Source: Candidatus Marinacidobacterales bacterium
Lineage (GTDB): Bacteria > Acidobacteriota > Vicinamibacteria > Marinacidobacterales > SMYC01
Reading direction: 5' to 3'
Length of the DNA: 64,000 nucleotides
Assembly (NCBI GenBank): GCA_965224085.1
Contig: CBDCYI010000011.1
Location: 736,001 to 800,000, forward strand
The notes beneath the pieces were generated by a model that had not been told where the DNA came from, did no database searches, and was given only the letters and a program-made list of their open reading frames with translations. The position numbers and the translations under genes are program-made. This document shows, in pieces, positions 32,355-43,038 of the stretch. Within the stretch, counting starts at the first letter, position 1; every line of letters starts with the position of its first letter.

Positions 32355-33014
32355 ATGGGAGTGCAACGTACACTTTGGGCGCTTTTTCTGCTCCTTTCCG
32401 CGACCCTCGCTTCGGCTCAATCGCTGGGAGACGTCGCGCGCAAAGAAAAGAAACGAAGGGAACAGAATCAACGATTAGGGGCCACGGCCCGTGTGATAAC
32501 CGAGGCCGAAGTTGGCCGGGGCCCGGACGTCGTCACGCGACCAGGAAGCGAGCTCGACAGCAACGCGGATGTCGGCCCCGCTGCTCCCGTCATGCCACCA
32601 GGAGCCCCGGCCCCCGACTTCTCGCTCCTTGACCGCTCCGGTCGTTCGTACTCTCTCGCGAACTTTCGCGGTCGGCCGCTGCTGATCGATTTCTGGGCAA
32701 CCTGGTGTGGTCCCTGCCGCAAGACCATGCCCGAGATCCAGACTTGGCACCGGAAATACGGGCGCGAGCTTCAAGTCGTTGGGATCAACATCGAAGGCAA
32801 CAGCCCGGACGTTCTCGCTTATCTCGACGAGGGTGGCTACACCTTCCCAGTGTTGTTCGATTTGGGAAACTGGGACTCGATCGTCGCGACGAGCTACGGC
32901 GTGAACTCGATCCCTCATACGTTTCTCATCGATCGGGACAGTCGAGTTTTGTACGCGGGTCATCCTCAAGGGCTGACCGAGGAGCATATCCAAGCAGCCA
33001 TCGCGGCCCGCTAG
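32355..33014 (+). CDS. TlpA-family thiol-disulfide oxidoreductase
   Basis: APDFSL, DFWATWCGPC, IPHTFLID. Confidence 0.9.
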   Translation: MGVQRTLWALFLLLSATLASAQSLGDVARKEKKRREQNQRLGATARVITEAEVGRGPDVVTRPGSELDSNADVGPAAPVMPPGAPAPDFSLLDRSGRSYSLANFRGRPLLIDFWATWCGPCRKTMPEIQTWHRKYGRELQVVGINIEGNSPDVLAYLDEGGYTFPVLFDLGNWDSIVATSYGVNSIPHTFLIDRDSRVLYAGHPQGLTEEHIQAAIAAR

Positions 33015-33051
33015 GAATCCGCCAGCCCCGCGACTCGGGGAGCTCGTTGGG

Positions 33052-33915
33052 CTACTGAGGGATCATCGACGGAGGAACTCCCGTGCGCTTGCTCCCCATA
33101 TTCTTCCACGCGTCGTAGCGCAGTCGGAGTGTCTTCATCGGGTTTGCGTTCTCGTGCGGCTCGATGTCCTCGTCGGTCACACTGATATAGACGTAGTAGT
33201 CGCCGTCATTGTGCGACCGTCCCACCGCGTCGTCTTGGTTCGCGATCGCGATATAGGCGACATGAGACGTCTTACCGTCGCACGGGGCCGCGGGCTTGGG
33301 CGCCTCCTCGCATGTACAGCGTTGGTCCCCGCCGGCTTTGTCAGCACCTTCCATCGCGGCCATGACGCGATCGGCGAGCGTTCCCTTTGCGCGGGTGAAC
33401 GCGAGCGCGGCGTCTCTGGCCACGTTGTCGCTGAACAGGATGTTTCCTTGAACTTGAAAGAAGATGTCCTCTCCGACCTCACCCGACACGTAGAGCGCGG
33501 CGGCGCGGTTGTTCTCCCCGTTGAACCCCGCCGTGCGGCCTTGCATGTCGACGATACCGAACTGACGGCGTTCCATTTGAGGCTCGCCCTTCGCGTTCTC
33601 GTGCTCCCGGAGAAGCTCGATGATGCGTTCGGGCGCCGTTCCCTTTTTCAGCTCCTCGTAGACAATCATCTGGTTCGAGCGTGTGTTGTCGACCCCGGCT
33701 TGACATGCGGCGACACCCATGCCGGGAACGATCACCGCCTGGACGTCCATCAAATCGCGCGACGGCCGGGGAGGGAAGCGGGCCTGAGGCACGCACGTTG
33801 CCGAGGCGATGATCACTTGTCCGGTGCTTCGGTCCACGGTAATGACCGACCACGTCGCGAAGGCAGACGTTTGCAGACACGACCAGGCAATAAGCGTCAG
33901 AACGGCAGTTTTCAC
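33052..33915 (-). CDS. DUF1028 (Ntn-hydrolase-like) secreted protein
   Basis: ATWSVI after the signal peptide, RQFGIVD, VQGNIL, GGDQRC. Confidence 0.82.
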   Translation of the reverse strand: MKTAVLTLIAWSCLQTSAFATWSVITVDRSTGQVIIASATCVPQARFPPRPSRDLMDVQAVIVPGMGVAACQAGVDNTRSNQMIVYEELKKGTAPERIIELLREHENAKGEPQMERRQFGIVDMQGRTAGFNGENNRAAALYVSGEVGEDIFFQVQGNILFSDNVARDAALAFTRAKGTLADRVMAAMEGADKAGGDQRCTCEEAPKPAAPCDGKTSHVAYIAIANQDDAVGRSHNDGDYYVYISVTDEDIEPHENANPMKTLRLRYDAWKNMGSKRTGVPPSMIPQ

Positions 33916-34014
33916 GACAACCTCCCTCGAGTTGGATCTTTTTTATTATTGCCATTATTGGCCGGGAGCGATCGGCGAAACAACGTGTCCCGGTTTCGCA
34001 TAAGCTTAGGGCCC

Positions 34015-34752
34015 GTGACGGATCCAAAACTCGACGAAGCCCGTGAGCTCCTGGAACAAGGCGCCCTTGAAGAGGGTCTCGAGCTAGTCGATGGGCTCGA
34101 GGGTTCTGAAGCGTCCTATCTCGCCGCCTTCGCGCTCTTCGGACTCGGCGAGCTCGAGACGGCGCTCACGATGTGCCGGCAGGCGTCCGATCTTGCAGAG
34201 ACGTGCTATCTCGAAGCCGTCATTTTTCTGTGTCTCGTGCGTGTGGACGAAGCGCTCGCTTCGGCGCGGCGCGCCGTCGAGCTCGAGCCCGACTGGGCCG
34301 ACAGCCACCACGTTTTGGGGCTCGTTCGGACCCAACGAGGCGAGATCGAACAAGCGGATCGGAGCTTCCAGAGAGCGTCGGAGCTCGCGCCGGACGACTT
34401 CGAGAAACCGTTTCGCCTCGCCCCTGAAGCGTTCGATCGAGCCGTCGAGGAGGCGCTCGGTCTGCTGCCCGAGGAATTCGCACAATATCTGGAGAACGTC
34501 GAGGTCGCTGTCGAAGAAGTGCCGATGGAGGAGTTGATGCAGTCGGGCTCTAGCTTCGATGATCTGGGACTCTACATCGGAGCGTCCATCCTATCGGACG
34601 ACTGGGACTTTCCCGATCGCATCCTTTTGTTCCAGCGGAATCTGGAGAACATCTCGCCCGACCGCGAGACGCTCATCCGCGAGATCCGCGACACGGTGCT
34701 CCACGAAGTCGGCCATCACATGGGGCTCGAAGAAGACGAGCTCCCGTTCTAA
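34015..34752 (+). CDS. TPR + zincin-like metallopeptidase
   Basis: TPR repeats, LGLYIG...DRILLFQRN...VLHEVGHHMG. Confidence 0.85.
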   Translation: MTDPKLDEARELLEQGALEEGLELVDGLEGSEASYLAAFALFGLGELETALTMCRQASDLAETCYLEAVIFLCLVRVDEALASARRAVELEPDWADSHHVLGLVRTQRGEIEQADRSFQRASELAPDDFEKPFRLAPEAFDRAVEEALGLLPEEFAQYLENVEVAVEEVPMEELMQSGSSFDDLGLYIGASILSDDWDFPDRILLFQRNLENISPDRETLIREIRDTVLHEVGHHMGLEEDELPF

Positions 34753-34864
34753 CCTGGTCGCATTTCGCCGCCTCCATTCCGAGTCTCCCGCTCGTTCCGG
34801 GTTGCGCGCATTCGCGTCGGGACGCGCTACAATACGCTGTTTCACGCCGACTAGGAGGTTCCAC

Positions 34865-36139
34865 TTGCTTTCGAAACAAGACGCCCTCGACTACCACAGA
34901 AGCGGTCGTCGCGGAAAGATTGAGATCCGAGCCACCAAGCCTACGCGCACCCAGCGAGATCTTTCGCTCGCCTACAGCCCCGGTGTCGCGGAGCCGTGCC
35001 TTGAGATCAAAGCGAACCCGGAGGATGTTTTCACCTATACGACCAAAGGCAACATGGTCGCGGTCGTGACCAACGGCACCGCCGTGCTCGGGCTCGGCAA
35101 TATCGGGCCGCTCGCGGCGAAGCCCGTGATGGAAGGCAAGGGGGTCCTCTTCAAAACGTTCGCGGATATCGACGTTTTCGATATCGAGCTCGACACGCCC
35201 GATCCTGACGATCTCATCCGGGTCGTCAGAGCGCTCGAGCCGACTTTCGGCGGCATCAACCTCGAGGACATCAAAGCGCCGGATTGTTTCTACATCGAGG
35301 AGACGCTCAAAAAGGAGATGGGCATCCCCGTGTTCCACGACGACCAGCACGGGACGGCGATCATCTCGGGGGCCGCGTTCTTGAACTGGCTCGTGATTGC
35401 GGAAAAGGACGTTTCCAAGGTCAAGCTCGTTATCAATGGCGCCGGCGCGGCCGGCATCGCTTGTGCGGACATCGCCGAGAATCTCGGCGTCTCGCATGAC
35501 AACGTTATTATGTGCGACTCCAAGGGCGTCATCTATAAGGGCCGCGGTGAGGGGATGAACCCCTACAAAGAGCGCTATGCCCACGACACCAAGGCGCGCT
35601 CGCTGGCCGACGCGATGGAGAACTCCGACATCTTTTTGGGGCTCTCGATCAAGGGCGCGGTCAGCAAAGAGATGGTCGCTACGATGGGGGACAACCCGCT
35701 CGTCATGGCGATGGCCAATCCCGATCCAGAGATCAGCTGGGAAGACGCTATGTCCGTTCGAGATGATGTCATCATGGCGACCGGTCGTTCAGACTTTCCG
35801 AATCAGGTCAACAACGTGCTCGGCTTTCCCTCCATCTTTCGCGGGGCGCTCGACGTCCGGGCGCGCGCGATCAATACGGAGATGAAGATTGCAGCGACCC
35901 ATGCGCTCGCCGACCTCGCAAAGGAAGACGTCCCCGAGGTCGTCATGAAAGCCTATGGTGTCGACTCGATGCGGTTCGGGCCTGATTACATCATCCCGAC
36001 GCCTTTCGACCCGCGGGTGCTCACCTGGGAGGCCCCAGCGGTTGCGAGGGCGGCGATGGAGACGAGGGTCGCGCGCGCCGAGATCGACATCGAAGCTTAC
36101 CCGGGCCAGCTCGAGACGCGCCTCGGCCCGCGGACTTGA
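34865..36139 (+). CDS. NAD(P)-dependent malic enzyme (MaeB-type catalytic part, no PTA domain)
   Basis: [44 protein letters not shown]. Confidence 0.92.
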   Translation: MLSKQDALDYHRSGRRGKIEIRATKPTRTQRDLSLAYSPGVAEPCLEIKANPEDVFTYTTKGNMVAVVTNGTAVLGLGNIGPLAAKPVMEGKGVLFKTFADIDVFDIELDTPDPDDLIRVVRALEPTFGGINLEDIKAPDCFYIEETLKKEMGIPVFHDDQHGTAIISGAAFLNWLVIAEKDVSKVKLVINGAGAAGIACADIAENLGVSHDNVIMCDSKGVIYKGRGEGMNPYKERYAHDTKARSLADAMENSDIFLGLSIKGAVSKEMVATMGDNPLVMAMANPDPEISWEDAMSVRDDVIMATGRSDFPNQVNNVLGFPSIFRGALDVRARAINTEMKIAATHALADLAKEDVPEVVMKAYGVDSMRFGPDYIIPTPFDPRVLTWEAPAVARAAMETRVARAEIDIEAYPGQLETRLGPRT

Positions 36140-36171
36140 AATCACGTTCTGACGCCTAGGGTCGCGGGCCC

Positions 36172-36888
36172 TTACGGCGCCGTCCACGCGCTTTCGGAGT
36201 TCGGACGTGCCGACCCGTTGCGGAGCTTGTGGTAGCAGGGAGCCAAAGTTCCTGCGGGGACGCCGATCGTGTAGAGCGAGACCATCGACCAGTTCAAGAG
36301 CGTCGTTGCGAGCGGACCGAGTTTTTGCCAATGGCGCCGGCCCGTCGTGATCGGCACGTTCAGTTGCACGAGCTTGCCCATCCTTCTGAGCGCACGAACG
36401 AGGGCGACGTCTTCCATGAAAGGAAGCTCGGGATAGCCACCCACTTGGTCGAACGCACTCCTACGGAGGAACAGTCCTTGGTCCCCATAGGGGATCCCCA
36501 GATGACGGGCGCGGAAGTTCGACGTCGCAGCGATGAGCTTGAGGCCCCAGCTGGCGTCCCGAATGCGCAAGCTAAACGCTCCGCCCACGGTCTTTTTATC
36601 TTCGAGCGCTACCATTACTTTATCGCGTGTATCGGGTCCGAGGACACAGTCCGCATGGACAAATAGGAGGACGTCGCCTGCGGCAGCTTGGGCGCCGCGG
36701 TTCATCTGTGGGGCGCGGCCGCGCTCGCCCGTGACCACCCGCGCACCATGACGTTCAGCGATGGAGACGGTCTCGTCGGTGCTGCCGCCGTCGGAGACGA
36801 TGAGCTCTGCTCCTGGCGGCAAGGCTTCGAGGGTTGTGGAAAGTGTCTCCGCTTCGTTCAGAGTAGGAACGATCACAGCGAGCTCCAT
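36172..36888 (-). CDS. GT2 glycosyltransferase (TIGR04283-like)
   Basis: IVPTLNE, SDGGSTD, GRAPQMN, FVHAD, PYGDQG. Confidence 0.88.
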   Translation of the reverse strand: MELAVIVPTLNEAETLSTTLEALPPGAELIVSDGGSTDETVSIAERHGARVVTGERGRAPQMNRGAQAAAGDVLLFVHADCVLGPDTRDKVMVALEDKKTVGGAFSLRIRDASWGLKLIAATSNFRARHLGIPYGDQGLFLRRSAFDQVGGYPELPFMEDVALVRALRRMGKLVQLNVPITTGRRHWQKLGPLATTLLNWSMVSLYTIGVPAGTLAPCYHKLRNGSARPNSESAWTAP

Positions 36889-36925
36889 CAGGCGAGCATT
36901 TTACAACATGCTATGCTGGCTTACG

Positions 36926-37927
36926 ATGTCATACCGAGTCACACTCATCCCTGGCGACGGTATTGGCCCCGAAATCACGAAGGCCGCGACCGCGATCCTC
37001 GAAGCGACGGGTGTCGCCTTCGACTGGGTCGAGCTCGAGGCCGGTATCCGCGCTTACGAAAAGACGGGAAACCCGCTCCCGCAGACACTTCTCGACTCCA
37101 TCAAAGAGAACAAAGTTGCCTTCAAAGGTCCACTCACGACTCTCGTCGGGGAAGGCTTCCCGAGTGCTACCGTCGCGCTCCGTAAAGGTCTGGACCTCTA
37201 CGCCAATTTGAGGCCGGTGCGCACGGTCGTGGGCGTCGAGTCGCGCTACGAAGACATCAATCTCGTGATCGTGCGGGAGAACACGGAGGACCTCTATTCC
37301 GGCATCGAGCACATGATCATGCCGGGCGTGACGCAAGGCATGAAGGTGATTACGGCCCACGCTTCCAGCCGCATCGCGCGCTTTGCGTTCGACTATTCGC
37401 AAAAGCGCGGCCGAAAGAAAGTCACGGCCGTCCACAAAGCCAACATCATGAAGCTCACCGATGGGCTCTTTCTCGACAGCGCGGGTGCTATCGCCAAGGA
37501 ATATTCCGGCATCGAGTTCGACGACAAGATCGTCGACAACCTCTGCATGCAGCTCGTCCTGAACCCGCATCAGTTCGACGTTTTGCTGCTTTCTAATCTC
37601 TATGGCGACATCGTCTCCGATCTTTGCGCCGGGCTCGTGGGGGGGCTCGGGATGGTTCCCGCCGCGAATATCGGGGAAGATTGTGCAGTTTTCGAAGCCG
37701 TCCACGGCTCAGCGCCCGATATCGCAGGGAAAGGGATCGCGAACCCGACCGCGCTCACCTTCTCGGGCGTACTCATGCTCCGCCACCTCGGCGAGGACGA
37801 AGCCGCCGACGCGATCTTGAAAGCCATCTTCGCCGTGCTCGAAGACGGCGAGGTGCGGACACGCGATCTCGGCGGAAAGGCCTCGACTCAGGAATATGCC
37901 GAGGCCGTGATCCAGAAGCTCGGCTAA
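36926..37927 (+). CDS. Isocitrate/isopropylmalate dehydrogenase family (NAD-IDH-like)
   Basis: IPGDGIGPE, RENTEDLY, HKANIMK, NLYGDIVSD, EAVHGSAPDIAG. Confidence 0.92.
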   Translation: MSYRVTLIPGDGIGPEITKAATAILEATGVAFDWVELEAGIRAYEKTGNPLPQTLLDSIKENKVAFKGPLTTLVGEGFPSATVALRKGLDLYANLRPVRTVVGVESRYEDINLVIVRENTEDLYSGIEHMIMPGVTQGMKVITAHASSRIARFAFDYSQKRGRKKVTAVHKANIMKLTDGLFLDSAGAIAKEYSGIEFDDKIVDNLCMQLVLNPHQFDVLLLSNLYGDIVSDLCAGLVGGLGMVPAANIGEDCAVFEAVHGSAPDIAGKGIANPTALTFSGVLMLRHLGEDEAADAILKAIFAVLEDGEVRTRDLGGKASTQEYAEAVIQKLG

Positions 37928-38094
37928 GTGGGCTCGACGGCGAAGACGCCGTGTGAGTAGGTTTTCTCGTCCAAGTCGTTGGTCGCCTGCGCCTGAAGAA
38001 GCCAAAGATTCCAGTAGGCAAGGAGCTCGTCGTCAGTAAGGTCCTTTAGAGCCAGGTCCTCCTCGCTGAGGAATTCGTCCCGGAGCTCGTTCAC
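37924..38094 (-). CDS. Small acidic hypothetical protein (56 aa)
   Basis: GTG start with AGGAG RBS 1 bp after the upstream stop. Confidence 0.6.
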   Translation of the reverse strand: MNELRDEFLSEEDLALKDLTDDELLAYWNLWLLQAQATNDLDEKTYSHGVFAVEPT

Positions 38095-38095
38095 G

Positions 38096-38899
38096 CTAAG
38101 ACTCCTTTTCAGAAACTGCCACCGATGTAGGAAGTACCGTTGCGGCGCGCTCGACAACCACTGCGTGCGCCTTAGTGAGCGACAGCTCCGCTATTTCTGC
38201 CGCGACGCTCGGCCAGAGCTCGTACCAGCGAGCGGCCGCTGCCACGTAAGACGAAAGCCTCACTTCATTGCGGCGTATGGAGTCCCTCCGTTCGCGGTCG
38301 AGCGCTGCCTCGAGTGGCTTTTGTCCTTCGGAAATCGACGAAAGAATCGGGCGTTCGACGAGTAGCCTCTTTACGAGTCCCGGGGATTTTTCTCCGAGCT
38401 TTAGCAAGTCACGAGCACTCCTGGAGTAGCGGAGCTGAAGCTCGGCATCCTCCATCAGGCGGGCCAACTCTCCTATGATGGCATAGTCGCGCTCTCGGTT
38501 TGTTTTCTTCATCTCCGCGAGCTCTGGAGGATCGAGAAACGGAATCTCACGTCCCGCTTGTTCTCTCCAGATACGCGCTAGGTCGGCCTCGGGAATGCGC
38601 GGCGGACGTGTGAAGAAATCCGTGCGGATGCGCAACGGGTCCTCGCGAAACTCCAAATGAGAGCTCCAGCCTCCAGCCATCCATCGAACGTCGAGCGGCG
38701 CACCGTAGCGATAGCGCGCGCCGTGCGCGTCGAGAACCGAGAGAACGTGCTCTAGCGTGCTTTTATCTTCACGGAGAATCCAATCCCCGTCTTTGCTCAT
38801 AATGGCCAATCGGTGCAGAACCACGGCCTGGCCGCTGCAGATGATCGCGCGCAGCGCGCCTTTGTTGAACTCTTCCGTGAGCTCCAGATAGAGGTTCAT
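38096..38899 (-). CDS. Putative nucleotidyltransferase-fold protein
   Basis: SGQAV...SKDGDW resembles the GGxA...TxDxD motif; K..R.RD C-terminal motif. Confidence 0.55.
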   Translation of the reverse strand: MNLYLELTEEFNKGALRAIICSGQAVVLHRLAIMSKDGDWILREDKSTLEHVLSVLDAHGARYRYGAPLDVRWMAGGWSSHLEFREDPLRIRTDFFTRPPRIPEADLARIWREQAGREIPFLDPPELAEMKKTNRERDYAIIGELARLMEDAELQLRYSRSARDLLKLGEKSPGLVKRLLVERPILSSISEGQKPLEAALDRERRDSIRRNEVRLSSYVAAAARWYELWPSVAAEIAELSLTKAHAVVVERAATVLPTSVAVSEKES

Positions 38900-38979
38900 T
38901 CAAGAGATGATGTCTCGTTTCTCGCTTGCTGACAACTCGCCGAGCACTAGGGCCTTTAAAACTGCTGAATTTTTTTAGG

Positions 38980-39008
38980 TTGCCGCCCTCGAAGCCCGTA
39001 GCTATAAT
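38980..39008 (+). promoter_or_regulatory. Sigma70-type promoter of the nuo operon
   Basis: TTGCCG-N17-TATAAT. Confidence 0.65.
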
Positions 39009-39180
39009 ATCTCGCTTGAAAGGCCTAAGAAGCGGCTTCGCGCTTTGAATTTGTTCAAACCAAAGGACTTTTCCAATTCACTAGGCCGGGCTCCGCGCTT
39101 GGGTTGCAGCTGCCCTGTGACGTTGGAATAATGAAAGATTGTGTACCTGTGAGTAACGGGGCGATGTTAGGCGACTGAAC

Positions 39181-39591
39181 ATGCTTGAATACGTTGGAGT
39201 CTTGATGTTCCTCGTCGTGGGCGCGCTGTTCGTGGGTGTCGCCATCGCGGCGTCCAGTCTCGTGCGACCCCACAATCCGACGCGCGAGAAAACGATGCCG
39301 TACGAGTGCGGCGAGACCCCAGTCGGCTCTCCTTGGGGTGTCCAATTCAACATCCGCTTCTACGTCTTCGCCCTCGTGTTTCTCGTGTTCGACGTCGAAG
39401 CCGTGATGCTCGTGCCATGGGCCGTAGTTGTGAAGGAGCTCGGGATGCCCGCGCTCGTGGCCGGCTTCATCTTCATAGGCATGCTCGTGCTCGGGCTTGC
39501 CGACGTCTGGCGCAAAGGTGACCTCGAATGGGTGCGCGAGGAAGAGCGCGAAGCCATCAAGAGCTCGTCTACCGGCACCAAAGCCGCCTGA
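39181..39591 (+). CDS. nuoA: NADH-quinone oxidoreductase subunit A
   Basis: PYECGE, FLVFDVE. Confidence 0.96.
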   Translation: MLEYVGVLMFLVVGALFVGVAIAASSLVRPHNPTREKTMPYECGETPVGSPWGVQFNIRFYVFALVFLVFDVEAVMLVPWAVVVKELGMPALVAGFIFIGMLVLGLADVWRKGDLEWVREEEREAIKSSSTGTKAA

Positions 39592-39609
39592 CCCTGCCGA
39601 AGGAGCGAC

Positions 39610-40137
39610 ATGGACCTCGTCAAAGCGCTAAACAACCAACAGTTCGTTCTGACCAAAGTGGATGCCGTAGTGAACTGGTCGCGCCAGTCGGCGCTCTGGC
39701 CGATGGTTTTTGGTCTCGCGTGCTGCGCCATCGAGATGATGGCGGCGGGCGCGACGCGTTTCGACTGGGACCGCTTCGGTCTCATCCCGCGGGCGACGCC
39801 CCGGCAGTCGGATCTCATGATCGTCGCCGGCACCGTAACCCACAAGATGGGTATTCGCATCAAGCGACTCTACGAGCAGATGGCGGATCCCAAATACGTC
39901 ATCTCGATGGGTAGCTGCGCCAACAATGGCGGTCCCTATTGGCAGTACGGCTACCACGTCGTCAAGGGAGTGGACGAGATCATTCCGGTGGACGTGTATG
40001 TTCCAGGTTGTCCGCCCCGGCCGGAAGCGCTTCTTTACGGAGTCATGGCGCTTCAGGACATCATCCGCGAAAGCTCGATCATGGACGATCCGCGCGAAGG
40101 CCGCCGCGAGCCTACCGCCGTGGAGGTGCCCGTTTGA
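39610..40137 (+). CDS. nuoB: NADH-quinone oxidoreductase subunit B
   Basis: [24 protein letters not shown]. Confidence 0.97.
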   Translation: MDLVKALNNQQFVLTKVDAVVNWSRQSALWPMVFGLACCAIEMMAAGATRFDWDRFGLIPRATPRQSDLMIVAGTVTHKMGIRIKRLYEQMADPKYVISMGSCANNGGPYWQYGYHVVKGVDEIIPVDVYVPGCPPRPEALLYGVMALQDIIRESSIMDDPREGRREPTAVEVPV

Positions 40138-40691
40138 GCCTCGAGGCCACGGCCGTTCAGCAGAAAGTCGAAGCGAAGTTTCCGGGAAAGATCACTCGAG
40201 CGGAGCTCGAGGTCAAGGACCCTTTCTTGGTCATCGACAAAGATGCCATCATTGACGTCGCGACCTATCTTCGAGAGGAGCCCGAGCTCGCGTTCGAGAT
40301 GCTTCACTGTCACTCGGCAGTCGATTATCTCGGCGCGAAGGACCAAGAAGACCGTATCGAGGTTGTGCTACATCTGACGTCGTTGAAGCACCGGCACTGG
40401 ATCGTGCTGAAAGTCGAGCTTCCCCGGGACAACCCCAAGATGCACACGCTCGAGTCGGTCTGGCCGACGGCCAACTGGCACGAGCGCGAAGCCTATGACC
40501 TCTTCGGGATCGAGTTCGAGGGTCATAGCGATTTCCGCCGCATCTTACTCCCGGAAGATTGGGCCGGACACCCGCTTCGCAAGGATTGGGAGTGGCCTGA
40601 CGAGTGGCACGGCATCAAGGTGAAGCCGGGTGAGAAGTTTGCCGACCGGGCCCAGGGTGGCGAAGACATTGGCATCGGGCCGTTTGATTGA
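40134..40691 (+). CDS. nuoC: NADH-quinone oxidoreductase subunit C
   Basis: [20 protein letters not shown]; TTG start overlaps the nuoB stop. Confidence 0.95.
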   Translation: MSLEATAVQQKVEAKFPGKITRAELEVKDPFLVIDKDAIIDVATYLREEPELAFEMLHCHSAVDYLGAKDQEDRIEVVLHLTSLKHRHWIVLKVELPRDNPKMHTLESVWPTANWHEREAYDLFGIEFEGHSDFRRILLPEDWAGHPLRKDWEWPDEWHGIKVKPGEKFADRAQGGEDIGIGPFD

Positions 40692-40717
40692 GTCTGATTG
40701 AGTTCTGAGGCTTGAGC

Positions 40718-41896
40718 ATGAGCACAGAAGCGCAGTACAAGGATCTGGAGCCGGACGAGGCTTACGCATTCAAGCTCGAGGATCTCGAAGAAGACGAGAT
40801 GATCCTCAACATGGGCCCGCAGCATCCGTCGACTCACGGCGTGTTACGGATCGAGCTCAAGACCGACGGCGAAGTCGTCAAGGATGCGCAGCCGCATATT
40901 GGCTATCTCCACCGGAACTTCGAAAAGCACGCCGAGAACATCGACTATCAAGGCGTCGTCCCGTTCACCGATCGCCTCGATTATGTCGGCTCGATGGGCA
41001 ACAGCTTGAGCTACGCCGTCGCCGGCGAAAAGCTCATGGAGATCGAGGTCAACGACCGAGTCCAATCGATCCGGGTCCTCACCGCCGAGCTTCAGCGGAT
41101 CGCTTCCCATCTTCTCGCTCTCGGAACCTACGGGTTGGATATCGGCGCGTTCACGCCGTTTTTGCACGCGTTTCGCGAGCGCGAGAAAATCCTCGACCTC
41201 TTCGAGTGGCTTTGCGGCGCCCGGCTTCTCTACAACTTCAACTGGATCGGCGGCGTTTCGCACGAATTGCCTGACCAGTGGACGGACAGGGTAAAGATTT
41301 TTCTCGATCAGTTCGAGCCCGTCATCGACGAGCTCCATAATCTTCTGAGCTATAACAAAATTTTCACGAAACGCACGGCGACCGTCGGCATCGTCCCGCC
41401 AGAGTTGGCCATTGGCTACGCGCTCACAGGGCCGAACTTGAGAGGCTCCGGCATCAAGTGGGACACCCGCAAAGAAGATCCTTATTGCGGGTACGAGAAG
41501 TACGCGTTCGACGTGCCCGTCGGGCAGGGCCGCTTCGGGCCGATTGGTTCTTGCTGGGATCGGTACTACGTCCGTGTCGAAGAGATGCGGCAAAGCGTGC
41601 GCATCTTGCGCCAGGCGATCGAGAAGCTCCCGGCGGACGGAGACGTGCACGAGACCGTCCCGAAGCGCGTCAAGCCGAAGCCGGGCGAGGTATATGCCTG
41701 CACGGAAGCGCCGCGCGGCGAGCTCGGCTTCTACATCGTGAGTGACGGCGGGCTCATTCCCATGCGCGTGAAAGCTCGCTCACCGTGCTTCGTGGCCATG
41801 AGCACTTTTCGCGAGATCGCGAAAGGCGAGATGATCGCAGACATGATCGCCATCATTGGAAGCCTCGACATCGTCCTTGGGGAGATCGATCGCTAA
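40718..41896 (+). CDS. nuoD: NADH-quinone oxidoreductase subunit D
   Basis: NMGPQHPSTHGVLR, DRLDY, EAPRGE, DIVLGEIDR. Confidence 0.97.
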   Translation: MSTEAQYKDLEPDEAYAFKLEDLEEDEMILNMGPQHPSTHGVLRIELKTDGEVVKDAQPHIGYLHRNFEKHAENIDYQGVVPFTDRLDYVGSMGNSLSYAVAGEKLMEIEVNDRVQSIRVLTAELQRIASHLLALGTYGLDIGAFTPFLHAFREREKILDLFEWLCGARLLYNFNWIGGVSHELPDQWTDRVKIFLDQFEPVIDELHNLLSYNKIFTKRTATVGIVPPELAIGYALTGPNLRGSGIKWDTRKEDPYCGYEKYAFDVPVGQGRFGPIGSCWDRYYVRVEEMRQSVRILRQAIEKLPADGDVHETVPKRVKPKPGEVYACTEAPRGELGFYIVSDGGLIPMRVKARSPCFVAMSTFREIAKGEMIADMIAIIGSLDIVLGEIDR

Positions 41897-43035
41897 TGGC
41901 TCTGCAACGCCCCGCACTCGAAGCCAAGATCTCGAACTTTCTTTCGGTCCCCGTCGTTGCGGGTGCGGCCGGAGCCCTCGTCGTGTTTGCGCTCCTGCCG
42001 CAGATTGCGGAGCTCATCCGCGAGCAGCTCTCGGACAATCTTTCGCCCACGATGGCGAAAGTGGCCGCGACCACCATCGGAGTCCTCGCCGCCGTCTTTC
42101 TGATCACACAGCTACCCATCTTTCTCATTTGGTGGGAGCGTAAGATCGCAGCCCACATCCAGGATCGTCTCGGTCCGATGCGGGTCGGCTGGCACGGCGT
42201 CTTGCAGAGCTTCGCCGACGGGCTCAAGCTTCTCTTCAAAGAAGACATCATTGCGGATGGTGCCGATCGCTTTCTCTTCAAGCTCGCGCCGTTTCTCGTT
42301 GTTATGGGTGCGTTCTCAGCCTTTGCCGTGCTGCCTTGGGCAGACGGGCTCGTCATCTCCGACCTGAATATCGGTGTTTTGTACGTCATCGCGATCACGT
42401 CGTTCGGTGCGATCGGCATTCTGATGGCTGGCTGGGCCTCGAACAATAAATACGCGCTCTACGGCGGCATGCGCTCGGCGGCGCAGATGGTGAGCTACGA
42501 GATCCCGACGGCCATCATCATCCTCTCCATCGTGATCCAGGTGGGAAGCTTGAACCTACAGGACATCATCGCGGCGCAGCAAGGAGGTATCGGAGACTTC
42601 CAGAACTGGTTCCTCTTCCGCGCGTGGGGGTTGAACGTTATCGGATTCGTCTTGTTCTTCGTCTGCGGGCTCGCGGAGACGAACCGCAACCCTTTCGATA
42701 TCCCCGAGGCGGAATCAGAGCTCGTCGCCGGCTATCACACGGAATATAGCGGCATGCGCTTCGCGCTCTTTTTTCTCGCAGAGTACGGCGCTATGTTCTT
42801 CGTCGCCGGTGTCGCGGTCGTGCTCTTTCTCGGCGGCTGGTCCGGGCCGGTCTTTAGTGGGCCTCTCGTCTTCTTCTTCAAAACCCTCGCTATCGTCTTC
42901 GTTCAGATGTGGATTCGGTGGACGCTCCCGAGGCTTCGCGTGGATCAGCTGATGGCGCTTTGCTGGAAATATCTGATCCCTATCGCTTTCGTGGTCTTGA
43001 TGGGCGCCGCGGTGTTACAGGTTTCTGGAGGCTAG
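41896..43035 (+). CDS. nuoH: NADH-quinone oxidoreductase subunit H
   Basis: ERK...QDRLGP, SNNKY, PFDIPEAESEL. Confidence 0.97.
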   Translation: MALQRPALEAKISNFLSVPVVAGAAGALVVFALLPQIAELIREQLSDNLSPTMAKVAATTIGVLAAVFLITQLPIFLIWWERKIAAHIQDRLGPMRVGWHGVLQSFADGLKLLFKEDIIADGADRFLFKLAPFLVVMGAFSAFAVLPWADGLVISDLNIGVLYVIAITSFGAIGILMAGWASNNKYALYGGMRSAAQMVSYEIPTAIIILSIVIQVGSLNLQDIIAAQQGGIGDFQNWFLFRAWGLNVIGFVLFFVCGLAETNRNPFDIPEAESELVAGYHTEYSGMRFALFFLAEYGAMFFVAGVAVVLFLGGWSGPVFSGPLVFFFKTLAIVFVQMWIRWTLPRLRVDQLMALCWKYLIPIAFVVLMGAAVLQVSGG

Positions 43036-43038
43036 TCG

